Source: Stegostoma tigrinum | Lineage: Eukaryota | NCBI RefSeq assembly: GCF_030684315.1 | Contig: NC_081367.1 | Coordinates: forward strand, 44,241,853 to 44,305,852 | Reading direction: 5' to 3' | Length of the DNA: 64,000 bases | Shown: positions 39,565-51,550 of the stretch, piece by piece | How the letters are laid out: each line of letters begins with the position of its first letter | Position numbering within the stretch: the first letter of the stretch is position 1 | Notes under the pieces: model-generated | Database searches by the model: none | The model's input: only the letters and a program-made list of their open reading frames with translations | What the model was told of the DNA's origin: nothing | Program-made: the position numbers and the translations under genes

Positions 39565-40190
39565 ATCATAGGAACATGACAAAATAGGAGAAAATATAAG
39601 CTTTTGGCCCCTGCAGCCTGATTTATCATTCAACCAGATCATGCTGATCCCGTATCACAACATTATTTTCTTGCACTATTCCCATGTCCTGTTGTTTTCT
39701 TTGAAGTCTGGAAATCTTTTGATCTCTGTCTTTAACCGAATGATGGAATTCTCCAGAAAGAAATTGCAATGATTCACCACTGCCTATACTGAAGAAGTTC
39801 CTACTCATTGTTCCAAAATAGCTGTCTCATAGTTCCAGAATATGTGCCCTGGTCCTAGTCTCCCAGTCAGGCAAAACATCTTTCCTGTCGAGGTCTGTAA
39901 GAATTTTACATGGATTAACGAGACCCTCCCTCTTTCTTACAAGGCTTAGAAAATATACATGTTGTATTCTTAAACTCTTCTCATGGGAGTATCCTACCAT
40001 CCCAGTAATTGTTCTGATAAATCATTGTTTCACTCCCTCTATGGCATGAATTTCCTTCCTTTGACAAGCAGACTTACTTCATACACTGCAAACACTACTT
40101 CATACATGGCTTCTAAACAATTAGAGCAATATCTCTTCTGTACTCAAATCATTTTACAACAAAGGGCAACATATCACTTGTTGAATCTCA
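39565..40190 (-). mobile_element. Old CR1 3' fragment
   Basis: atcataggaacat...ggcccctgcagcctg...cattcaaccagatcatgctgatc; collinear with 30222-30935 and 43310-43800. Confidence 0.6.
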
Positions 40191-41701
40191 CCCTACCATT
40201 ACTGCATCCAATTCAGTTTTTATTTAAATGTTTCTAGGGTTGTCTTGCAATTCCCTGCAATCCATTTGAAGTGTTGATCACTTATGGACCCAGAATCTGA
40301 TGAAAAATAACTGTACACTCATTATCACTGTACAAATAATAACCATGTAAATCACATACCTCATTACTGTACAAACCTCACAGATTTCTGTAGAAATCAG
40401 ATATTACTGTACAAATAATGACTAAGGTTTACACTGATCACAATTAATGAGACTTATTGCATTTTGTGCTGTTAATTAGACTTGCTCATGTATGCTTATG
40501 TTTGAAATATTGTACAAACAGTCCTGTATGAAGTATGAACTGTTAATGACACCGTGAGGGAGACACTATAACTGGAGTCTAGGTGGATAACCACCCTGCG
40601 TGATCGTCACATATCTAAACTGCAACTACATTTTGAAAAATGAACTCAAATCTAGATTATTCTAAGTCTGCTTTCTGTGTTGTCTTCTGTGAAGTCAGAC
40701 AGACACAAATACTAATGTTCAAACTCTCTGCTATCTCCGAGCTTCTCACTATCAAATTCCCCAGTCTTGTCCCCAAAGGGGCCAATGCTAACTTTAGTTG
40801 CTCTCAAAAGTGAACTATTTGGAGTGCAATTTATATTTCTGCATGTATTGAATTCTTGGTGATACCAATTTTTAAAAGAATATGTTTGCTTTTTTTCCTC
40901 TCTCTAAATTCAATATTATCTCCCCCTTTCTGTTTTATCTTTCTGTATCTGATTTGACTCTGAATTATCCATTTTAATTCCCACCCCTTTCTTTGCCATT
41001 CCTACCTATTTTTTTGTCATCTACTGATCATTGATTCAAAAGCAATGCACTGATAGTGTTGTCGTCCACCGAGACTCTGGATGTAGTGATGCCATTAACA
41101 GTTTGGCAGCTAACCGATTGGCAATGTGACAAAAAACAGATGATGCAATGTTTGTAGACTAGCAAGACCACCTTGGTACAGTCCCTGGGAACACTATGCA
41201 AGGAGAACTGTAACTAGAGAAGTAAGGATGGAAATAATTTTGAGAAGAAAAGAGCACCCGGGGTTTACAGCAAGAGAATGGTCTCCAGAAATGCCTGGGA
41301 TATAGATAATTGATCTTTCAGCTGTGGTTTGAAGTACCTTTTACATCATGGACTGATTCTGAGAGTATAATACAGTAATCTAAACTAAATATGAAGTGGA
41401 AAATTCAGGGAGAAAAATTGAATTATGAGCCAAAGGAAGGATATTCTTTTGATAACAAACAAGACATTCAGTGATTAATGCATTACTGGATGAATCTGCC
41501 AACATGCAGTGTTAGACAATGGACGCATGTTTAGCGTGTATGGAACAGACTGGCGAAAATGCTGTCTAGACTGAGTAATAAAACAAAGTTAAGGAATTTG
41601 AAAATTCCACCAGTTTGAGATTTTGTGATGACTATACATTAAGACATTGTAAAATACTGTCATGACTTGAAAATTGGTCTGAATCAATCACTTTGAGTAT
41701 G

Positions 41702-41923
41702 GATAATAAAATGTGAGGCTGGATGAACACAGCAGGCCAAGCAGCATCTCAGGAGCACAAAAGCTGACGTTTCGGGCCTAGACCCCTCTCTGATGAAGGG
41801 TCTAGGCCCGAAACGTCAGCTTTTGTGCTCCTGAGATGCTGCTTGGCCTGCTGTGTTCATCCAGCCTCACATTTTATTATCTTGGAATCTCCAGCATCTG
41901 CAGTTCCCATTATCTCTGATACT
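41702..41923 (+). mobile_element. Young two-armed inverted family-1 mini-insertion with an intact hammerhead core
   Basis: ~84-bp perfect inverted arms; 15-bp TSD actttgagtatggat at 41690-41704 and 41924-41938 (gat shared with the element). Confidence 0.95.
41788..41819 (+). ncRNA. Minimal hammerhead ribozyme motif
   Basis: ctctgatgaagggtctaggcccgaaacgtcag. Confidence 0.7.
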
Positions 41924-43309
41924 ACTTTGAGTATGGATGTAGTTTACTGTGAAACGTCGCTGTTATGAAATAGGTCGTAAATGAAGGAAGCATAGATAAT
42001 ATTGGCCAGAGCAAATTAGAAAGTTACTGTTTTTGGACAATGCATGAATTTTTAATTTACACAATCAGAACAATATTTTATTCCTTTAATGGAATATGCC
42101 CTCTGAGCTAAAGAAATGGAAAAAAAAGTGTTATAGACATCAGCGAGCAAATATTTAGAAGATGAAGCAAGTCAGCTGTGTTTAAACTGCATTTGTGAGA
42201 TTTGTAAGAAATGCCAAAACGTACCATCATAGCCTATAATAAGTATTTTTGTAGCAAATGATTTCAGTGAGGTAATGCAATGAATTTAAAGGTTTGCGAT
42301 AAAGAAAAGCATGAGATTTTTCCAGTCAACAATAATAAATAGTTAAGACGAGAAAATAATTATGGGTAATGCAATGGAAATGTGGATGGGGACTGGACGT
42401 GGATCACCAACAAAATTTCTACTGATAAATTGGGGGTGGGGGAGATACAGAATGGGTGAAATTTGCTAAGAATGAATTTAGAGATGTGTGCACAAATATG
42501 AACCAAATAATTATGAATACAACAGCAGAAAACCTTTTTAGCAGTGGGCTGTGTGAAAGAAATCACATAGTAATAGATAAATGGTTCATAAAATTTTGGC
42601 AGATCAGACAAAATGTACATTATCATCTGCACTAGTATGGATTGTCCATGCAAAAAAACTCATTGCAGATGGTCATTGGATACAGTCTGAATCAATTAGT
42701 TTTTATCAGAAATCATAGGGATTTCAATTAGCTGTACTTTATCAGAGCTTTTGAATGCAATGCATATAAGTAGAAAGGCTTTAATGAAAGCTTAAATCTC
42801 AGGAAGAATTCAGGTGAGCCTTGAGAAACTTGGGTAAAGCCATTCAAAACTGTTTTGAATCAGGGAGGCATGGCTCATTGTGTGTGAGAGAGAGGACAGT
42901 TGAAAGAGAGGAGAGGCTCAGCAAAGGTAATTGGTAAAGACTGAAAGATAATAATTGTACAGCTTAGGAATCAAATTGATTGGGTATATCCTCGATATGG
43001 ATTACAAATTTACAGATTGCAAAGGAGTTTCAAAAAGTAGTGAGGAGCCAGGTACCCCTCAGCCACAGCTAGCACAGTGATGAGGCTCAGACTGTCCCAG
43101 TCACCAGTTTGTCTGTGATGGACAGATCAGTTCTGATGATCAAAATGAAGCCATTGGTACCAAAGGTCAATTACCAAAAGTGGATAATAAAGTCCATTCT
43201 TTTGCTGGATGGGGCTAATCAATGGAGAAATATGACTTTAACAAGTTGAGCAGGGAAAGCCACTATACAATGTAAAAGCCAGATGAATGCATAGGACCAG
43301 GCCATAGCC

Positions 43310-43800
43310 CATAAGAAACAGGAACAGGAGTAGGCTATTCAGCCTTTGAGCCTGCTGCACCGTTCAGTAGCATCATGGCTGATCCAACTTTCCTCATGTC
43401 CACTTTTCTTTCCCCATAAACCTTGATTCCATTACTGATCAAAAATCTATCAATCTCAGCCTTAAATATACCCGATCTCTGACCTACTGCTCTCGGTGGC
43501 AAGGAGTTCCAAAGACACTCAACTCTTTGTGAGAAGAGAATCTTCTCATCACAGACTTAAATTGCTATCCCTTATTCTGGAGATTATGCCCTTCTGGTCT
43601 CTCACAAGAGAGGAAACACACTCTCAGCATTTACCCTGTCAAGCCCCTTTGGAATTCCAAATGTTTCTCATTCATCTAAAGTCCAGTAGGCAGAGTCCCA
43701 ATCTGTTCAGCTTTTACTAAATCACAAGTTCTCCATAGCAGGGATTTTCCTAGTGAACGGTCTGAACTGCCTCCAATGAACTATTAATATCTTTCCTGGA
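43310..43800 (-). mobile_element. CR1 3' fragment
   Basis: cataagaaacaggaacaggagtaggctattcagcctttgagcctgctgcaccgttca...catggctgatc, a typical reverse CR1 3' UTR. Confidence 0.7.
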
Positions 43801-44334
43801 GCCACACTGGCTTAGGCTGATGATGGATTGAGTACATGAAATACAGGAATAAAAGGCTAGAAAATACAGTTTAAGTTCATTCAAAGGGCTTAGGAACAGA
43901 CATGCCCTGTAAAGAGATTGCATAATGGTAACAGGAAGGCGGGGGGTGGGGGGGGTGTCAAACAACAGCAGTCCAGAAAGAGCGAGAAAGCAAGTTCAAG
44001 AGCATAGTTTAACAAGCTCAAGAAATATTGCACGACCTCAATGTGTATATAGAGGTGCCAGATAAGAGCAGCCAGCCCGACTGCATGTATATGGAAAAGG
44101 CTTCCATGTTCTGACTTATGCCTCTTTATTGTCCTGTGGCCCCTTTTACAGTGTTTCTATATCAGATCTCTTCACTGGTGACTTCCAACACTTCAGATTA
44201 AATAGTATTTATTCTGAGGGGTTTTTTTGTTTCATAGATGTTGGGCTTATCTAACGCTTCCATATTATATGTGTCAATTACATGACCTGGGTACTTTAAT
44301 TTTATGAACTATTTTATGGAACAAAAAGTTGAAG

Positions 44335-44586
44335 TTATTGAGGGGTGATAGATTTAAGACAGATGTCAGAGGTAGGTTCTTTACTCAGAGTGGTAAGGGC
44401 ATGGAACACCCTGCCTGCCAATGTAGTTAACTCAGCCACATTAGGGGCATTTAAACAGTCCTTGGATAAGCATATGGATAATGATGGGATTGTGTAGGGG
44501 AAGAGGCTTAGATTAGATCTCAGGTCAGCGCAACATTGAGGGCCGAATGGCCTGTTCTGCGCTGTATTGTTCTATGTTCTATGTTT
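44335..44586 (+). mobile_element. CR1 3' end (same family as the 34217 element)
   Basis: gcaacattgagggccgaatggcctgttctgcgctgtattgttctatgttctatgtt tail. Confidence 0.8.
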
Positions 44587-46297
44587 CTTCCTGACTACAC
44601 ATATAACTCTGTCCTGAGATGCCAGTGGATCCTTTCTTGATTTCATGATTGTTGCTTTTTGAATATACCACAAACGATTACATTCAGCGTACGGACAGAA
44701 ATGGCACTGTGCTGAAACATTAGCAGAGCAATTCTTACAAGTGGATAAAGTATTGGGCTTGCAAGGTAGGGTAATAATAATTTGCACTAAAATTGTTGCA
44801 AAATGATAGCAGCATCCGACCTTTTGCTATTTAAGTATAGGATAATCTTGCTCATTTCTGCAATTGGTCACAGAGCATAATACTGCTAAGCCAAACACTT
44901 GTTGGCATCCTACAGTAAGCCCATATAATATTTCAGACATAGTTCAGCATGTCACACAGAACTAGACGTATAACAAGACAAAACTGACATAAACAAGAAT
45001 CTCTTATGTGTGGTGGTTGAAATAAGTGGAATTCAAGATTTACTTGTGAAAACTTTACCATGTTGACAACAGTATCATTTGAAAATCTCTTCCCACTTTA
45101 ACAATCCATTCCCGTCAATTTCCAGCAAGTAGCAATTATTGCCTAAAAAAGTGATCAATTTTGTCACTCAACGTAACTACTGAAAGTGCAAAAGAAATAG
45201 ACCGGAAACTTGTCTGGGCTGTATTGCATTTTTGTTTTACTGCTGTTAGTTATGTAAAGCCTGACAATATTCTTTTTTATTTCACACTTTTGGATATTTA
45301 GATTCAAAACCTCTGTCTCTTCCTGATAAATGGTTCAGTTTAGAGTGTCATTATTATAATTTCTTGTAAATAAATACAAAATGTTGAAGAGGCATCAACA
45401 ATATGAATTCAGAAGCAGGAAAACAGGGATGATTTTTGGACAATGATGTTAACATCAATTTTAAAACAAGCTTGAATGATATGGATGCAACAATCACATC
45501 AATTAGTGTACAATTAAAGCAGTGATTAACTGATTAAAATGTAATCATGAAGTTAATCAGACTTTAAAAACACTTGACAAGCCTAATTATATAATTCACT
45601 CAATTGGTGCTAAATTTTGTAATTTATTAATTTGGTCATTTAGATTTTTAAAATTCAGCTCAGTGATTGCATTCAGTCATGACATTACAGCATATTATTA
45701 ACCAAGTTGCTTATTACACTTATTAAATAAATGCCTGCATTTGATAATTAAATTACCAAGGTATGTTTTCATAAATTGGAGACAATTCACAAAAGAATTG
45801 AAAATAAATTCCATCTGAATTTACTAATTTATAACGTCAGGTCTGTTTTCTGATCTTGTACATTTGGTCCATGGGGATCAATTAGTTTTGAAGGCAATGG
45901 AGAAAGAAGTTTCTCATTTACATTTACATATACAATGGCTGCTTTGTTTTACTGTTTTAACTCAAATTTTTCATTATGCATTAATGAAGTGGACGCTGGT
46001 AGATTTCCACTTTAGTTGTTGAATAATGGTTAAAGTGGCCAAATTGAGCATCAATTAGTTGTAAGTACATGTTAACGTGCTTTCCTAGACAACATTGATC
46101 GCAAGACCTTTGTTTCTAGTTTCCCACATATACTTGCCAAATGACTTGAGCACTTATTAACTCTTCTGGTTTATCAGGAATTAGCAAAATGCAATTTCTA
46201 ATATTGTATACTAAACTGTTTTTTCTTGTGGCCATCCTAAAGCAGGACTGGGCACTGTACATGTGTAAATGACAACACTTGCTGTCTGACCCTTTGA

Positions 46298-46772
46298 CTA
46301 CATGGACCCTTCGGTTCAACCAGTCCATGCCAAACCTAATCCCAAAATACAGTAGCCCCGCCTGCCTGCTCCTGACCCATATCCCTCGAAACAATTTCTT
46401 ATTCATACATTGATCCAAATTTCTTTTAACCGTTGAAATTATACCCACATCTACCACGTCATCAGGAAGTTCATTCCGCACCAGAATCACCCTCTGTGTA
46501 AAATATTTGCCCCTCAAGTCTTTTTTGGATCTCACTCCTCTCACCTTAAAAATGTGCACCCTAGTGTTGAAATTCCCAATCTTAGGGAAAAGACAACTAC
46601 CATCAACTCTATACCTCTCATTATCTTACAAACTTCTCGCAAGTGAACTCCCAACCTCCTACACTCCAATGAAGAAACTCCCAGCTTTGCCATCCTTCCC
46701 TTATAATTCAAACCTTCCGTACCCAGCAACATCCTGATAAATCTCTTCCAAACCCTCTCCAGCTTGGTAATG
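46298..46772 (-). mobile_element. CR1 3' fragment
   Basis: Reverse translations GLNYKGRMAKLGVSSLECRRL and FKVRGVRSKKDLRGKYFTQRV. Confidence 0.8.
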
Positions 46773-49169
46773 TTTTAAATTGATCAATCCTCATTGGAAA
46801 ACATACTCTTGCTTCCTCAATTCAAGAATCTTAAACGCTTTGTGGTTCACCACCAACAAAGCAATAATCCTGAGGGTCACTGATGACCAATCAGCAGCCA
46901 GCATCATGTCTGCTTGACCTTGGGAACTTACCGAAGGTTTTCTGCCAAAGAGGGGAAAGACTCAAAATTCGGGTGCCAACAACTGAATTGTTGAAATGAG
47001 GTGTAGGGCCCAATTTTGTCTGAACCTTGGGCTTCCTGCTCGAAATGCATGCTAATAGTTATGCACCTGATGGGCATTATAAAAGGCCTCTACTCTTTTT
47101 GTTCTTTGTGATGAAAAGCACATTTCACTGGTTCACTTGCTACAGTCTATAGATGCAGTTTTGTTAACATCTGCTTGTAACAGACATAATTTGACACTAC
47201 CCATTGTAGCACAGGATCAAGAGTCTGAGAAAAGTTGGTTTTCCTAAAGTTTGAAACATTTTTTTCTGCTTTATTTCACTAAAAAATTACATCTGTGATG
47301 TAATAATGTTTTCAGTATTGCATACATCAGCATTTTGTAGATCACAAACAAAATGTACACTCTGGAAGACTGCTAATGTTGATTAGGTGCTGGCATAGAC
47401 ATAGTATCACTCTTAAATCCCAATGTCTTGCAGTTCAGGCTCTGGTTTCTGACCATCCATACCATCACATTTATGCCAACAGCACGTATATTGAATCAAT
47501 GAAGGGCCCTGCTATATAGTTATGTAATACTTCGCTGTTTTAAAATAGTTTTGTACCATTTATAGTAGGTAAACTTAAAAAAAAAGAATAATTGATTATC
47601 TCCTAGTGTTGGCTATTGCAAAATAAAGTGCATTGAAGGGATTCTGGCTGGTTCCAGCAAAGGAATATAAATCTTTTTTGTGTTCCATTTAGCATGGCAG
47701 ATGCAATGTGCCAGGTGTGCCCATAAAGATAGTATTTTTGCCATTGTGCTGTGCAAGTCATTTTCATAATGATGAGGACTGTGCCATCTACCTGCACTTA
47801 AAGTAATTTTTGTATTTAGGGTCAGCAACTATCCAATGGTACATATTTACTGTAAGAGACCATTGAAATACAGACAGAGAGCGTAGCAAGAATTAATCAA
47901 TTTAATTTCAGTTTGGTTCAATGTCCCAATCTGTTACTCCTCTGTACTATAAGGTGTAAATTTCAGTATAAACCTTTTTGATGTTTAAAGAAGATTACCA
48001 CATCTGAGTTATCGGCAAGTATTCTTACTATAACAGTAAGTTGCCTTTTATGAATCTTTGCTATTGCAGTTATTGCATTAATGTTTGCATCAAATGGTGA
48101 CATGTTACTGCTGGCCACTGATCTTGAAGAAGGCTGTCCTGAAAGTTCTGGTGATGTCTGTGGATTATTGTATCTGGCTCCAAGTCAAAGTGATCTCCAG
48201 GTGTACAACAGCTGTAATGTCATCAAGCAGGATAAGCATCCTAGGGAAAATTGAAGGATTCTCAGACAGAAAACCAGAAAGTTAAAAGTACTGATGAACT
48301 TAGCCTTTTTATGGTTTCGGTTAGTGAAATATGATCACATTTTAGAAGATAAAATATCAGCTGGAAGTTTTCATTTTGGAAACGTTGACTTTTCAGAAAT
48401 ATGCAATTGGCTGTTAATGGCCAAGGAGGATGTATGACTGTGAGTAATAAATTAGTACATAAATTCCTAGTAAATTAGATCTCATTTAACAGAGTGAGAC
48501 CATTTTCAAGAGATTTTAGCAGTGGTAGTAACATCATAGAAATGAAAGTTTCCATCAATTCATTGATTTCTTAAAGGCTTCACTGTTGGGTTTGGAAGAT
48601 ACGGAATGTTTCTACTGCACATCTTCTGGAGAAGCATACAATCACTTGTGCAGAAGCAATGTAAGGATCTCTATTTTTGACTACACACAGACTCCAGTAG
48701 TTCTGAGAGTGTCAATTTGACACATGGAGTTATTCCTACTGGAAAATCTGGGGCAAGAGATTGACCACAATCTTCTTTAAAAATATTTAATTGTTGAAAT
48801 TAAAAGGAATATTTTTATTAGGTCTGGTTAGTAGCCCATCACGAAATTTGCATTCTTGATCATCACAGCCATTCGCCATTTATATTCATTAATTGTTTGG
48901 CAAAACACAACTTTAATTCCTAAATTACAATTCATATTCCAAAACACACAAACCATGAATTAGATTTTCACAACAACATATGTGTAGTGAAGAAATTTCG
49001 CACTTAATTTGTATTGAGGTAGCAATATAGTTCATTAAACTGTTTTCTACTGAACATACAGACTTACTCCATTTTGCTAGTTGGTTACCTATTAAATTAA
49101 TCATTTGTGAGTTGTACTATTTAATAATCCACTATATTATGTAATAATTGTCCCCTCATTTGCCCACAG

Positions 49170-49301
49170 TATGTAGTGTGCGATGTCAAACATTCCTTAT
49201 CTCAAAAGTGGGAGAAGATTGGATCTTCCTGATACTGCTTGGATTATTGATGGCATTAGTCAGTTGGGCCATGGATTTTGCTATCGCAATGTGCCTTCAA
49301 G
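49170..49301 (+). CDS. CLCN2: Internal coding exon of chloride channel ClC-2 (equivalent to mammalian exon 3), phase 1 at both ends
   Basis: Acceptor cccctcatttgcccacag|TA and donor CAAG|gtaaga. The 132 bp translate as (V)[43 protein letters not shown], matching the remembered ClC-2 sequence [44 protein letters not shown] much better than ClC-1. Neighbouring exons were not found in the window. Confidence 0.93.
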
Positions 49302-49517
49302 GTAAGATTAGGACACTGCTATTGGTGAATGAAGATATCGACCTTCATAGGAACATAGTTACCTAAAAATACTGCTAATCCTTTGTCACATGGTTTGTTC
49401 TGACATATTTTGTGTATTGCTCATGTTTTCTCATCCCATGTTCACAAAAATCAGTGTTAATTTGTTTCTTTGTATTTGGGAAAGGTAGATTTTCTGTGTG
49501 TCTTTGTCATTTGGTAT

Positions 49518-49620
49518 ATTCTAAGAAAGGGTCACTGGACCCGAAATATTAACTCTGATCTTTTCTTCTCAGAAGCTGCCAGACCTGCTGAGTTTTTCCA
49601 GCAACTTCTCTTTTGTTGTT
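49518..49620 (+). mobile_element. Tail-less family-2 PLE fragment ~220 bp downstream of the CLCN2 exon
   Basis: tctaagaaagggtcactggacccgaaatattaactc...gctgccagacctgctgagtttttccagcaac. Confidence 0.75.
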
Positions 49621-51146
49621 GTTTGTCATTTGGTAGTTGGTTGTTTCGCATTAACGTAGCGGCTCCTAACATTGAATGGGAAAATTTGATTACTTTTGGA
49701 AATTTTACTGATATTCAGTACTTTTTGTTTAATCATTCTCAATTTGCCATATTTGGATGTCATTTAGTATTTGTCAGGGGATTCAGAATAAGCCAATTTC
49801 ACAGTTTCAAAGTTGATTCCACAATATTGCGACTGCAGTGGACATAGTCATAATATGAATTAAATCATTGCCATATCCTGTGTTTGATCTTGGATGACCC
49901 AAATAAACCCTCTTAAACCATATTTGAAATCAGGATCAGGATTCATCTGACTGCCTTCAGATCTGACGAGGAACCTGGTAAATTGTAGCTACTTTGAAGT
50001 GACAAGTTACTTTGGTTATGATTAAGTCATAGATCAGATAACAATGTCAACCTGATACTTATAACTTGCTGAAGTGCAAGCATCACTTTATTTTGTTTAG
50101 TGTCAGTTGTTTAAAAAGATTTAAAATATTTAATTTTGAAAATTGCAAGATGCTATTTTGTTTTGAGCTTGTACATTCCCAGCCTAATTCTGGCAACTGG
50201 GTTATGAATGCCCTTTTCAGTATTGATAAATATACTGAAATGATGAAGAATGGGTTTGTATTTTCCCAGGGAAGAGACTGAACAAAGATTAACTGTTTGG
50301 GTCTTGGAGAGAACAAAATGCTTATATCACAATTTGTTTTTGTCTTCAATGAATGAATTTGCCCCAATATTTAGTGGGAAGATGATGTGGAGAAACCAAA
50401 AATCCCACATGTAACTGTGGATTCTCATTGTTATTTTCATCCACTTCCCATTTAAGCTGGTCAGATTATCAGTTTTGGGGATTTGCCGGTTGATTGCAGA
50501 CCAGATTTAAGATGAAGGTAGAGGAGAGTATCCATCAATCATGGCAGGGTATCGATCCTCTTCCCTCCAACCTGCATATTGGAGAGATTCAAAGCTTGGT
50601 ATCTCCCATCCTGTCAACTGAGAGACGTACAGTAAAGAGGTAACCAGAATGATTCAACTAACCAATACGTGAATTAAACCAAATGACAGTTTACTTCACA
50701 AGGCCCGGCATATTTTACTCAATAGAAGTGAATCTCTCAGCAGACACTAAATGGTATCCAGAAATATTTTTTAACAATGTATGAAAATCTATTTTGTTTT
50801 GTGTAGATTCTTGAAAAATTAAAGTATATTGATAAATTTGTTGTTCGTCTTTGAATCTGAAAAGCAATCATTGGGCAAGAGAGTCGTTCTTGATTGTGAC
50901 CTCAAGTAGCCCTTGCTGTTTGTAATACCAAATCTGGTTTGAAGCTGAAATCTAATATTGTTCTTAAACTGTCATTAGTGTTCCTTTCTGGTTTTTACAC
51001 GACATTGCAAATGTAATGGAAATGAAAGACAGGTTTTGGTTAATGAAATATCAAGACAAATTAAGGTATCAAACCATGGAACATCTCGATTCTGTTGTAA
51101 GCCAAGCTGTAAAAATGAAAAGGTGCCAGGTACAGCGCAGTAATTA

Positions 51147-51479
51147 AGATAACAAAGTGTGGAGCTGGATGAACATAGCAGGCCAAGCAGCATCTCAGGA
51201 GCACAAAAATAACCTGAAGAAGTTACCCTCCTCCCTCCGGACCAACCTCAGGGAATCTCTCTCCCACTGCAACTCTCTCGTGGTTCTCTCCATCTTCGGT
51301 CTGCCTCCCCGTTCTCTCCCTATTTATTCCAGAACCCCCTCCCCATCCCCCTCTCTGATGAAGGTTCTAGGCCCGAAACATCAGCTTTTGCGCTCCTAAG
51401 ATGCTGCTTGGCCTGCTGTGTTCCTCCAGCTCCACACTTTGTTGTCTTGGATTCTCCAGCATCTGCAGTTCCCATTATC
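51147..51479 (+). mobile_element. Two-armed family-1 insertion with a ~75-bp unexplained centre
   Basis: 15-bp TSD acagcgcagtaatta/acagcccagtaatta at 51132-51146 and 51480-51494; arms at 51147-51208 and 51284-51479. Confidence 0.9.
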
Positions 51480-51550
51480 ACAGCCCAGTAATTAGCGACA
51501 TTGTAGTGTTGTGTAAACTGACTTTCTATAACTAGTCTGACAATGGTTTA

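Noticed and set aside
41702-41923. Inverted structures as sequencing fold-back artefacts
   Set aside because: Flanking TSDs, unique flanks on both sides, divergence between arms in older copies and a recurrent breakpoint argue for real insertions.
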